A DNA stretch of 51,078 nt from a virus (Duplodnaviria; Caudoviricetes), in the IMG/VR virus record IMGVR_UViG_3300036830_000098, positions 1 to 51,078 of that record; one strand, given 5' to 3'. The notes under the pieces are model-generated. The model saw only the letters and a list, made by a program, of their open reading frames with translations. It had not been told where the DNA came from and did not search any database. Within the stretch, counting starts at the first letter, position 1. The number at the start of each line of letters is the position of its first letter. Both the position numbers and the translations under genes were made by a program. This document shows positions 27,268 to 36,175 of this stretch, in pieces.

Positions 27268-27372
27268 TCAGGCGGCGTCCCGCAGAACAATCGAAGGGCC
27301 ACCCATGATGTACGTCCAGTGCACCCCGTCGTGCGAAAACAAAATGACGCCTTTGTAAATTCTAAATCGCAT
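27268..27372 (-). CDS. 34-aa hypothetical protein
   Basis: Same GGAGAAACGTA-ATG leader as the neighbouring gene. Confidence 0.5.
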   Translation of the reverse strand: MRFRIYKGVILFSHDGVHWTYIMGGPSIVLRDAA

Positions 27373-27841
27373 TACGTTTCTCCGTTTTCTCGACCCTGCG
27401 AGCGTACAACAGCGAGGTTTCGGTGTCCATGCCGAGCAACCAGGCCAGCTTGCCCAGCTCGTACCCCTCGCAGATAGCGTCCCAGTGGCTCACGGCCGCT
27501 CTGCCGTTGATTGGCGAGGCAACTATGGCGCATCGTAGCGCCGACGCGGCAGGCTCGTCAGCAGCCGCCAGAACGCGCTGCTTTCGCTTCGTGCGTTCGA
27601 AATCCGATCGAGCGAGCTGACCGATCCTCACCAGATCGTCAACCACACTTGCGAGCAATCCGCCGCACAACTCTGCCAATTCGATAGGCAATCCGGCTCG
27701 CCTGCAAGCCGCGGTCAACGTAGGCGATTCGAGCCGTACCAGCCGTCTAATCCGTTCCTGGTGCTGCAAAGCCGTCTCCACTGCGATCTGTGGAAGCCGT
27801 TGCGCTTGGTCCTGTTGACTTGCCGTAATTGTGAGGTCCAT
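27362..27841 (-). CDS. Hypothetical protein adjacent to the palindrome hub
   Basis: 159-aa ORF; the start is uncertain. Confidence 0.5.
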   Translation of the reverse strand: MDLTITASQQDQAQRLPQIAVETALQHQERIRRLVRLESPTLTAACRRAGLPIELAELCGGLLASVVDDLVRIGQLARSDFERTKRKQRVLAAADEPAASALRCAIVASPINGRAAVSHWDAICEGYELGKLAWLLGMDTETSLLYARRVEKTEKRNAI

Positions 27842-28085
27842 CCTTGGACCATAAGGTCCATTCCCCTTCCCGTCTAGGGTCCCAGCGTAGCGACTAGGGA
27901 CCCATCCTTAGGGAAGGGAAGTGGGACTGTCTATAGGACTGTCCCTATCCATAAGGATGGACATCCTAAGGAGCGTCCATTGATCCGTCCTAGGACTGTC
28001 CTACGGACATCCTTAAGTATGTCCATTGATAATCCTTAAGGACGGCTTTTATTAGACTAAAGTATAAGTTGACAGTCCCTAGGGA
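27841..28085. repeat. Cluster of short TCC-N(2-4)-GGA palindromes and nested hairpins; candidate origin or packaging/terminus site
   Basis: TCCTTGGA, TGGACCATAAGGTCCA, TCCATAAGGA, TCCTAAGGA, GTCCTAGGAC, GTCCTACGGAC, TCCTTAAGGA and TCCCTAGGGA in 245 non-coding bp. Confidence 0.8.
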
Positions 28086-28126
28086 GTGTGTATTGTGCAT
28101 CCTTAGAGACAACGCTGGAGAGTGAA
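28069..28126 (+). promoter_or_regulatory. Rightward early promoter plus RBS module
   Basis: TTGACAGTCCCTAGGG..TATTGT..AACGCTGGAGAGTGAA-ATG. Confidence 0.7.
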
Positions 28127-28339
28127 ATGCACACGGATAAAGCGCACTACTACGTTTCTGCAATCGACGGCACAAAACGCTACTTGATAGCCGGCCCGTA
28201 CACTGCGCATGCTGAAGCGTTGGCGCGTGTCGATGCTGTCAAAAATTACGCATGCGACAACGACGGCCGCGCTCACTTCATGGCATGGGGCACCGCCGGC
28301 AGCGATGAAATTTTCAAAACGCCTTTGGGAGTTTACTAA
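28127..28339 (+). CDS. Early hypothetical protein
   Basis: MHTDKAHYYVSAIDG...AGPY..HAEAL; strong SD. Confidence 0.7.
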   Translation: MHTDKAHYYVSAIDGTKRYLIAGPYTAHAEALARVDAVKNYACDNDGRAHFMAWGTAGSDEIFKTPLGVY

Positions 28340-28340
28340 A

Positions 28341-28694
28341 ATGAGCATCCACTGCAACACAGAGCCGCAAGAACTGGTAGATTACCTGCGCGAAATGTAC
28401 ATACAGTACGGCGCCAAACCACAGATGATTCAGGCGATCGACAATCTGTATGATGCACTGGGCGCGGAATACGAGCTAAAAAAAGTCGGCGAAGAACTGG
28501 TGCAGGTCGAGGAAGAAAGGGACGACTTGCGTGAGGAACTGAGACTAGCAACCGAATCGCTGGAACTGGCGATCGACACAATAGCCAGCATTGCCAAGAG
28601 CCCGGCGGATGCTGTGGACATGATCAATATTAACGAACTGCACCAGTTGCGCATGCAACTTGGAAACAGCAAGAGAGTGCTTGACAATCCCTAA
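28341..28694 (+). CDS. Coiled-coil hypothetical protein
   Basis: GGGAG SD, ATG at 28341. Confidence 0.65.
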   Translation: MSIHCNTEPQELVDYLREMYIQYGAKPQMIQAIDNLYDALGAEYELKKVGEELVQVEEERDDLREELRLATESLELAIDTIASIAKSPADAVDMININELHQLRMQLGNSKRVLDNP

Positions 28695-28735
28695 AGACAG
28701 GCGTACACGTACACACAACTGATGGAGATCGAAAA

Positions 28736-29040
28736 ATGCAAACGTACTACGTACTCTACTCCCCGCCCCGCAATCAATACGTCAACGTCGAAGGCGATTT
28801 CGCCGGCTTTGCCGACGCGGAAAAGCACGAACAGCCCTGGTTCACGCCTGCGCTCGACGATGTGAAGTGGGTCGGACCTTGTGAAGAGGGGATTGAGCCA
28901 TGACCAACGCGCAAGCCGCCAAAGCAAGTCAAATCTGCGAAAAGGCGTTGCAACTGATCGACGCATTGCAGAAAAATCTCGACGAAATGAAAGCCGCACA
29001 AGATCAATATGAACGCTGGCTGAAGGAGCGCGAGAAATGA
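28736..29040 (+). CDS. Two small early ORFs: 28736..28903 (55 aa) and 28900..29040 (46 aa)
   Basis: Promoter-like TTGACAATCCCTA at 28681, GGAG SD, ATGA coupling. Confidence 0.55.
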
Positions 29041-29438
29041 GCATGACCAACGTCAGTCCATGCTACACTTGCAAGTGCGATATGTGGATACCGACGCCAC
29101 TGTACGAAGCGGCGCAACGCGGCAAAGGCAAAATTTCTTTTCACTGTGCTTACGGGCACTCAAACGTGTTCTGTGTCGGGGACAACGAAGAAACTAAATT
29201 ACGCCGCGAGCGCGATCGGCTCCAACAGCGGCTTGCGGAAAAAGACGATGAAATTAAACGCCAACGCGACATGCGCGAAGGGACTGAGCGCCAGCTATCC
29301 GCCACGCGAGGCGTCGTAACCCGCATTAAAAATCGCGTCGGTCATGGTGTCTGCCCATGCTGCAACCGGACGTTCGGTGACCTGGCCCGGCACATGCACA
29401 CGAAACATCCGACATATGCGGCCGAAGCCGCTGAATAA
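29037..29438 (+). CDS. Zinc-finger / coiled-coil protein
   Basis: CYTC, CAYGH, C2H2-like CPCCNRTF..LARHMHTKH. Confidence 0.7.
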   Translation: MSMTNVSPCYTCKCDMWIPTPLYEAAQRGKGKISFHCAYGHSNVFCVGDNEETKLRRERDRLQQRLAEKDDEIKRQRDMREGTERQLSATRGVVTRIKNRVGHGVCPCCNRTFGDLARHMHTKHPTYAAEAAE

Positions 29439-29455
29439 AAGCAGGAGCGCACATC

Positions 29456-29635
29456 ATGAGCTACGGAAATCACTCAGGACACGGCGGCGGCCTGTTTGGC
29501 ACCGCGGCAATCGTCTACGTTATCGCGTACGTGTTCGGCAAGCATGTCGCACGCATGGTCGTCGGCACGGCATCGCTTGTCGTGCTGGCGTGTTTCGCCT
29601 ATGTCATGTTCCGCATTGTGACGGGGACTTTGTAA
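29456..29635 (+). CDS. 59-aa two-TM membrane protein
   Basis: AGGAG SD; translated by hand. Confidence 0.55.
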   Translation: MSYGNHSGHGGGLFGTAAIVYVIAYVFGKHVARMVVGTASLVVLACFAYVMFRIVTGTL

Positions 29636-29636
29636 G

Positions 29637-30011
29637 ATGCGCGACCGCTCCGAATGGATACGCGGTGAAACCGGGCCACAGAAAATCGGCACCAGGAGTT
29701 ACAAGCGGCTCACTGAGTTTTCGCGACCATGCGCGACGTGCAAGCAACCGTTCTCGATCTTCGTCACTGAGAAGATTGCCGAGGGGTTGGCCGATTCCAA
29801 TAATTTCGGTCTGAGGAATTGCGAGGTACACCGACGCGGCGCCGCGCCCATCGATAGCGAAGAACTCGAATCGCTACGTACAAAGGACCGCGTTATGGCC
29901 GATGAATTGTCGGGCCTCTATGCGACGATCCGCGATTTGAAAGAACGGTTGGCGAAAGCTGAAGCGCGTCCAGCGCCAAAAGGCTTGACGTTTCCTTGGG
30001 GCCAGCGTTAA
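29637..30011 (+). CDS. Zn-binding coiled-coil protein with FPW tail
   Basis: CATC...CEVH; ends LTFPWGQR. Confidence 0.65.
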   Translation: MRDRSEWIRGETGPQKIGTRSYKRLTEFSRPCATCKQPFSIFVTEKIAEGLADSNNFGLRNCEVHRRGAAPIDSEELESLRTKDRVMADELSGLYATIRDLKERLAKAEARPAPKGLTFPWGQR

Positions 30012-30079
30012 AAGAAAAACCCGCCCCGGCGCTGGACACCGGGACGGGCTAACGATGCACACCCAGGCTCGGGGCCTGA

Positions 30080-32137
30080 ATGCCGCCATTTCCAGATAGC
30101 ATCCAATCGTTCTGGGTACAAGCCCAGGCCCGGGGACTGTTCCCGCTCGCCATAGCACGCGGGAGCAAGGCCCCGATCGGCGAAGGCTGGAACGTATGGA
30201 CACATCCTATCGCTCATCCGGGTGCCGGCGCTGTTGGGCTGCGCTGCGGCGACGGCGGATTATCGGCGTTTGATTGCGATCATTCCGACCCGGTGATGGC
30301 GCAACGCCTGCTGGGTGCATTCCGTTCCGTGCTGGGTCCGGATATTCCGGTACGCTGGGGCCGCGAACCGCGTTTTCTGATTCCTTATTTTCTTACCGAT
30401 GCGCCCGTACAGGGCCGTACATTCTCATTCCCGGACGGCCAAAAATTGCAACTCATGGGCGGTCAGTTCATTGCCTTTGGCGAGCACAAAGATACAAAAC
30501 AACCCTACCGCTGGGAAAATTGGGGGGTTGACTGGCCGCGAATAACGACGGCGCAGCTCCAGCAAATACTGACCGAAGTGCCGTTAAAAGCCGGGACCTC
30601 ATTGCGGTTTTCGGCCGAACATGAAACCGCCAGCGTCGATGAGCTAAAGTACGCCGCGCCGCAGACGCAAGATGAATGGCAAGCCGGCCGCGACGCCGCG
30701 ATGCGCTATCTAGGGCTGCTCAAGCATGAACTCATGGGCAGGACGGAGGGGCGCGGCTCGACCATTTTCGCAATCGTCGGCGTGCTGAAATTTGCCGAAC
30801 GTAACGGCATGTGCACACGGCGCGAGATCGAGGACGCCATAACCGACGCCGGGCACAGCCTGGATGAAGGGCTCGGCGGTCGCACGCTCGGCCAGGAAAT
30901 CCAGCGCCAGGACGAACTGCCGGTGCTGCGCGGTAACCTCATCATGCAAGCGATCATGTCACGCCGCACGATTCTGCAAGGGCTGGCCGACGCGCAGAAA
31001 ACGCCCGCGCTGGCGGCGCGCACGGGTTTTGAAATCTCATTGGAGGACCACACTAACGAGCTGCCTTGGCTGCTTTACCAGCGCATTCTATGTGGCGAGG
31101 TACATTTTTTCACCGGGCATAGCGGCTCGGGAAAATCAACCGTCATCACTGACATGGCTATCAACTACCTTAAAGGAACTGCCTGGCTTGATGCCGACAT
31201 CGAGAAAGCAAACGGTCATGTTTTGTGGATCGCGTCCGAAGATGATTATGGCACGGAACGGCGCGTGCGGCATTTACTCAGACAGGAATCGGACGCGCGC
31301 AATCTGGCATCGCGCTTTCACTTAATCCGCGGTATCAACGAACCGATGGCGTTCGAACAGCAATGTGTCGCGCAGACTCAGGCGATGGCCGCAATGGGCA
31401 TGCGCGTCGATATGATCGTACTCGATACGTGGGGTGCGTCGGGCTTGTGCTTTGCGGACAACGACACCGAAGCCGTGTTGAAAGCCATGTTTATCCTGAA
31501 GAACGTAGGCAAGCGCACCGCTGCCGCCGTACTGGTAACGGACCACTTGCCGCTCGGCAACGAAGAAGCATGGCAGAAAGGCAACGGCGCCAAATCAGGC
31601 AATAGTGGTTTTGTCTACCGCATCACGGCCAATCGAAAAGACATGGTATCGATCGATTGTGGCAAGGCGCGCGGCGCCCCGAAAGCGAAAAGTTTCCTTG
31701 GTCGAATCGTATCCGAAAACTACGGCAGGGACATAAAGGGCCGCACAACCACGGTTAACGTATTCAAGCGCGACCTGATGCCGTCGCAGACTGAAAAAGA
31801 ACAAAGCGTCGTTATGCGTCTGGCCGCGGTGCTGCCTGGCGTCGTTGCCGCCGGCATGGATGCCTTGCGTTCGGGCTCCATTGTCAGATTCGATAGCGTG
31901 GCCGCCGACATCGGCCATGCGGTCAAAGGCGAAGTGCCAGGCTACGTCATAACCAAGGACGCCGCGTTGAAAACATTTACCAAAGATGGCATGCAAAGCT
32001 TGCTAAACAGTGGTCATCTCCGTACAATGCATGGAGTCCCGTTTCTTGCTGTTTTCGCGCCGTCAGGATCGACGAAAGAGAGTCTGATAATTCCTTGGGC
32101 AATCGAGCCGCCAAAAGTGGAGACTTTTCCGTGGTAG
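30080..32137 (+). CDS. Bifunctional primase-polymerase (Prim-Pol) fused to a RepA/AAA_25-type helicase
   Basis: KAP...W, GLRCG, AFDCD; Walker A GHSGSGKS, WIASED, Walker B IVLDT, DH. Confidence 0.88.
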   Translation: MPPFPDSIQSFWVQAQARGLFPLAIARGSKAPIGEGWNVWTHPIAHPGAGAVGLRCGDGGLSAFDCDHSDPVMAQRLLGAFRSVLGPDIPVRWGREPRFLIPYFLTDAPVQGRTFSFPDGQKLQLMGGQFIAFGEHKDTKQPYRWENWGVDWPRITTAQLQQILTEVPLKAGTSLRFSAEHETASVDELKYAAPQTQDEWQAGRDAAMRYLGLLKHELMGRTEGRGSTIFAIVGVLKFAERNGMCTRREIEDAITDAGHSLDEGLGGRTLGQEIQRQDELPVLRGNLIMQAIMSRRTILQGLADAQKTPALAARTGFEISLEDHTNELPWLLYQRILCGEVHFFTGHSGSGKSTVITDMAINYLKGTAWLDADIEKANGHVLWIASEDDYGTERRVRHLLRQESDARNLASRFHLIRGINEPMAFEQQCVAQTQAMAAMGMRVDMIVLDTWGASGLCFADNDTEAVLKAMFILKNVGKRTAAAVLVTDHLPLGNEEAWQKGNGAKSGNSGFVYRITANRKDMVSIDCGKARGAPKAKSFLGRIVSENYGRDIKGRTTTVNVFKRDLMPSQTEKEQSVVMRLAAVLPGVVAAGMDALRSGSIVRFDSVAADIGHAVKGEVPGYVITKDAALKTFTKDGMQSLLNSGHLRTMHGVPFLAVFAPSGSTKESLIIPWAIEPPKVETFPW

Positions 32138-32340
32138 ACTTCCCTTGGTCCGTGCCTCCACGTTTCAAAGTCGGCGACGAAATATATTCGCATGTCGATC
32201 GCGGTCGCGTTATCGAAGTGGACGCCGTTGCTGGAATCATGCGGGTAACTTGGGACGATGGCGACGGCGGCACCATAACGTATCCGCTGGACGCAGATTA
32301 TTTCGAGACGGAGCCGCCGGAGAAAATGCCGTGGGAGTAG
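32131..32340 (+). CDS. Small SH3-like protein with PW motifs at both ends
   Basis: GTG start with GGAGA SD; FKVGDEI.HVDRGRVIEV..MRVTWD. Confidence 0.65.
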   Translation: MVDFPWSVPPRFKVGDEIYSHVDRGRVIEVDAVAGIMRVTWDDGDGGTITYPLDADYFETEPPEKMPWE

Positions 32341-32645
32341 ACCGATTCCCTTGGGAAAATCCGCCGCTGAACGACACCGTTGCAGCGTTGCAGCGCGATT
32401 TCGCTTACGCTGTGAGAACGACCTGTGTTATCGTTCACAGCAATAATCCGGCGTTCAAGGCGATGGCAAACACCGCACGCGGGCAGCTCGTACCGCGCGG
32501 CGAAGTCAAGTTCACGGACGGCACGACGGTCGAGCTGCATGACATCGGGATGTGTCAGCCGAACGTATCTGAAATGACCGTACAAGAGATCATGTCGCGC
32601 GTGTGGGAAATGGCAACGAATTTAGGTCTGGAGCTGGTAGTATGA
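32331..32645 (+). CDS. Hypothetical protein with N-terminal FPW
   Basis: GTG at 32331 with GGAGA SD; MGVDRFPWENPP. Confidence 0.6.
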   Translation: MGVDRFPWENPPLNDTVAALQRDFAYAVRTTCVIVHSNNPAFKAMANTARGQLVPRGEVKFTDGTTVELHDIGMCQPNVSEMTVQEIMSRVWEMATNLGLELVV

Positions 32646-32947
32646 ATTATTGGCCGGCTTCGCTGTTCATCCGCAGTCCGTATTTGCTGCCCGCGGGCCA
32701 GTGGGAGATTGCAAACATTGGGCGCCCCGGTGCGGTAATCTCGGAAAGTACTCTTGTCGCATGCCACCAGATCGCGGAAACAACGCCGGGCAGCGGCGCG
32801 TCGCTGGTGTTGATTTGCAGCGAAGGTGCGCCCGTGCGCCGTGCATATCTGAACCACCCGACCGATGTAGAATGGACGGCGCTGGAGCGTGGCGGCTTTG
32901 TGGCGAATGGCGGCAATTTCGGTTTTGTGCTTGACGCGCTGCACTGA
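32642..32947 (+). CDS. Hypothetical protein
   Basis: ATGA coupling, GGAG SD. Confidence 0.6.
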   Translation: MNYWPASLFIRSPYLLPAGQWEIANIGRPGAVISESTLVACHQIAETTPGSGASLVLICSEGAPVRRAYLNHPTDVEWTALERGGFVANGGNFGFVLDALH

Positions 32948-33522
32948 TGAGGATGCCTTGGGAGCCTCCTGTGTACGGCATGCTGCGCGCTGCGAACAAC
33001 GGCGGCGAGCGGCGTGCGAATGATTTTTACCCGTCACCACGCGAACCGGCGCAAGCACTAATCCCGAAACTGACTGGATGGCCGCGCGCTATTTGGGAGC
33101 CTGCATGCGGTGACGGTGGAATCGCGAAACCGTTTGAAGAAGCGGGCTTCCAAGTTACGGGTACGGATTTAGTCTATCGAGGCTATGGATGGGGCGGGGT
33201 GGATTTTCTTTCAACTGCGACGCGCGCAACCGACGCGCTTGTGACTAATCCACCATACGGAAAATTGGTAACGCGCTTCATAGAGCACGCACTTGATTTG
33301 GGCGTGCCCCATATCGCCATGCTTCTTAATGTCAACTTGTGGCATGCAGAACGACGTACTAAACTATGGAACAGACGCACGCCAGAAGCTATTTACGCGC
33401 TAACGTGGCGCCCAGATTGGACAGGGAGTGGCGCTCCTTATTTTAACGCGATATGGACCGTGTGGGCGCCGAAGAGCGCAGCGTTTACGCGCTACGAGCT
33501 ACTTGACTTCCCTTGGAAATAA
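32947..33522 (+). CDS. Amino (N6A/N4C) DNA methyltransferase
   Basis: DFYPSP, SAM-binding WEPACGDG, catalytic TNPPY. Confidence 0.82.
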   Translation: MRMPWEPPVYGMLRAANNGGERRANDFYPSPREPAQALIPKLTGWPRAIWEPACGDGGIAKPFEEAGFQVTGTDLVYRGYGWGGVDFLSTATRATDALVTNPPYGKLVTRFIEHALDLGVPHIAMLLNVNLWHAERRTKLWNRRTPEAIYALTWRPDWTGSGAPYFNAIWTVWAPKSAAFTRYELLDFPWK

Positions 33523-33551
33523 ACGTACAAATACGTACAAGGATTCCGACT

Positions 33552-33818
33552 ATGGACGATGGCCTGCGTATCGAAGCCGCCGCGAGCATCACAGCGCGCG
33601 ACATGATAACAAAGCACCTGGGCGCATTTTCGCACGCCATACAGCGCGATCGGATCGCCGGGCAGGCTACCGTCGCGGCCTACATCGACGGCTTGGCGGG
33701 TGTCGCCGCTTTAGTGATCGCGGGTGGCTATGGCAGCAAGTCCGAAGTGATCGAATCAACGATAAAGTCCCTGTGTGAAGCAATCGAGCGCGATCTGCGC
33801 CATTTGAAAGCAAGATGA
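33552..33818 (+). CDS. Hypothetical protein
   Basis: AAGGA SD, ATG at 33552. Confidence 0.6.
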   Translation: MDDGLRIEAAASITARDMITKHLGAFSHAIQRDRIAGQATVAAYIDGLAGVAALVIAGGYGSKSEVIESTIKSLCEAIERDLRHLKAR

Positions 33819-33819
33819 C

Positions 33820-34023
33820 ATGCCAAACACCGAACCCAATGCGATGCCGCCGGCATTCGATAGCTGGGAAGACTGGCGTGGGCTTTACGCGCAGCACGTT
33901 GCCGATTTCAAAGCAACGCGAAAAAGCGCCAGTGACGTATTGCAACTCAAAATCCGGCTGCGCCGCATGGGCTACTTCGGCAAGCGGCTGGAAGATGAAA
34001 TCGAGTACGTAAAGAACGACTGA
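33820..34023 (+). CDS. Hypothetical protein
   Basis: Tiles between its neighbours; TGATG coupling to the helicase. Confidence 0.6.
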   Translation: MPNTEPNAMPPAFDSWEDWRGLYAQHVADFKATRKSASDVLQLKIRLRRMGYFGKRLEDEIEYVKND

Positions 34024-35648
34024 TGCACGCGCCCTATCCATTGCCGTTGTTCGTACCGCGCCCGCATCAAACCGATGGCGTCCGCGCACTCATCAATTAC
34101 GACGGGCGTTTTTCAGTTTCCGAAATCGCCGTGGCCGGCGGCAAGAGCGCTATGCTGGGAATGCTGGCGCAGCATTACAGTCAGTTCGGCCGCGTGCTTG
34201 TCGTGGCACACAATAAAGAACTGGTAAGACACAACGCTGCTGCCTGCAAGATGATAGGCGTCAACGCCGGCATTTGTTCGTCGTCCATCAGCACGAACGC
34301 ATTCGCGCGCGTTACTGTTGGCACGATCGGCAGCATCATAAACCGCGCCCACCTGTTCCGCGATTTAGTCGCCATCCTAGTTGACGAAGTTCATATGGTG
34401 CCGCCGGCCAAATCGTCGCAATATCGTAAATTGTTCGACAAGATTCCCAATACCAAAGTTCATGGTTTAACCGGGACGCCTTTCCGCGCTGATGGCACAG
34501 GCGACCTTGCGAAGACTTTCGGCCCGATCGTCTACCGTTACACGTTCTTGGATGCATTGCGCGATGGCTACGTTAAGCCGCTCGTGCCGGTGGATGCTGG
34601 CGAAGACGAAACAATCGACACCGAAGGATTGAAAACGACTGCCGGCGACTTCGATCTAGAGGACATGGCGCCGCGCGCGATCAAACTAGCGCCGAGCCAC
34701 GCTAAAACCGTCGTTGAAGTCATGCAGAAATACAAGCGGCGCCGAACGCTGGTGTTCTGCTGCAACATCGAACACGTTGACAAAATGGAATCCGCGTTGC
34801 GAAAGCTGGACGTGCGAGCTGTCGGCGTGCATTCGCGTTCGGTCACAGGTAAGCGCGATAAGGCCGTGGACGCATTCAAGGCCGGCGCTGCCGAAATCCT
34901 GGTATCGTGCATGATGTTCACTACCGGATTCGACGTGCCGGACATCGATTATATGGCGTTCTGCCGCGCAACTAAATCGGCGGTTTATTATGCCCAGGGC
35001 CTAGGCCGCGGCGCCCGCATAACGCCGTATGCGGCTAATTGTCTCGTGTCGGACTTCGGCGGCAACATCGCGCGCCACGGTACGCTTGACGCCGTAATGG
35101 CGGCGCCGGGTCGCATGTTGGAGTGCGACGAATGCGGGCAAGAATGGGAAACATGGGAGCACGGCAAGACGTGCCCAAAGTGCAAAACGTTGCATCGCAG
35201 CGCGCCGAAGTGCAAAAATTGCAACGAACGATTTGATCCGCATTATCACGGCATGCGCTGCCCGAACTGCGGCCAACAGCAGTCCGAAATAAAACAATGC
35301 GCGGCGTGCGAAGAAACCTACGCGGCGTTCCTGCACCCAATCTGCCCGTTTTGTCAGTTTGACAACACGATAACGATTTCCGCTGGCAAAGACCTGAAAA
35401 TGCGCGGCGGCGCTGGCGAAGCTGTCAGCGTGCGGAAAATGGTGGAGCTGGAGCCTTGGCAGGAGATCGTCAGCCCGCCCGTAAAAAACAGTTCTGGCGG
35501 CTGGATTTTGACGACGCGATTTACGACCGCGATCTGGCCCTACGAGACACTGCCGTCGCCGCGCTCTGTCTACCTAAAGCGATCGCCAAACGGCCGGTAT
35601 CTCGCAGCCGGGATTTACGACACGCATGGAAATGTCCATCAACGATGA
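34023..35648 (+). CDS. SF2 DExH helicase (RadD/YejH-like) with multiple C-terminal zinc ribbons
   Basis: RPHQ, AGGKS, DEVH, LTGTP, TTGFDVP, QGLGRGAR; six CxxC motifs. Confidence 0.92.
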   Translation: MHAPYPLPLFVPRPHQTDGVRALINYDGRFSVSEIAVAGGKSAMLGMLAQHYSQFGRVLVVAHNKELVRHNAAACKMIGVNAGICSSSISTNAFARVTVGTIGSIINRAHLFRDLVAILVDEVHMVPPAKSSQYRKLFDKIPNTKVHGLTGTPFRADGTGDLAKTFGPIVYRYTFLDALRDGYVKPLVPVDAGEDETIDTEGLKTTAGDFDLEDMAPRAIKLAPSHAKTVVEVMQKYKRRRTLVFCCNIEHVDKMESALRKLDVRAVGVHSRSVTGKRDKAVDAFKAGAAEILVSCMMFTTGFDVPDIDYMAFCRATKSAVYYAQGLGRGARITPYAANCLVSDFGGNIARHGTLDAVMAAPGRMLECDECGQEWETWEHGKTCPKCKTLHRSAPKCKNCNERFDPHYHGMRCPNCGQQQSEIKQCAACEETYAAFLHPICPFCQFDNTITISAGKDLKMRGGAGEAVSVRKMVELEPWQEIVSPPVKNSSGGWILTTRFTTAIWPYETLPSPRSVYLKRSPNGRYLAAGIYDTHGNVHQR

Positions 35649-35735
35649 TTTGTACGGAAATTAGGGTGTTGACGCAACCTTAGAAATTTGTCATACAGTC
35701 GCATCGCATTCTAAACGACAACGGGAGCCCGCAAA

Positions 35736-36164
35736 ATGAAACTCTGTTTCGACAGTATCGAGGAAGTCAAGCTTTTCGTCGCCGCTCTGAAAGGCACGCG
35801 CGGCAAGAAGGGTGAAGAGGAATCCGGTGATGCCGCCGTGCACCAAGCCCCGGCGCCGCTCATGCCGCCCCAAGCCGCCCCACAGGCTTTCCAGGCTGCC
35901 GCAGCACCGCAGTTTTCACCGCCTGCCGCGTTCCCAATCGGCCCGGGTACTGACCCTGCCGTGATGGCGCTCGTGGGCCGCATCAATACGCGCATCGACG
36001 GTGCCATTGCTTCGGGCCAGCCTGCCGACCAAGTTCTAACGTGGTTCCGCGGCCAGTGCGGCGCGGAAGCGGGCAACGCCACTATGGATCAGATCAAGGC
36101 GAATTTTCTGCCGAAGCTTTCGATGGCTGCGCTGGAAAACATCGCAAAATTGATGAACGCTTAG
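35736..36164 (+). CDS. Hypothetical protein with Pro/Ala linker
   Basis: GGGAG SD; TTGACG promoter-like sequence at 35669; usual slot before DUF2800-like genes. Confidence 0.7.
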   Translation: MKLCFDSIEEVKLFVAALKGTRGKKGEEESGDAAVHQAPAPLMPPQAAPQAFQAAAAPQFSPPAAFPIGPGTDPAVMALVGRINTRIDGAIASGQPADQVLTWFRGQCGAEAGNATMDQIKANFLPKLSMAALENIAKLMNA

Positions 36165-36175
36165 TAAGGACTGAC

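Noticed and set aside
27841-28085. CRISPR-like array
   Set aside because: There is no constant repeat with unique spacers; the units are short irregular palindromes. The Cas4-like gene sits in a standard replication context.
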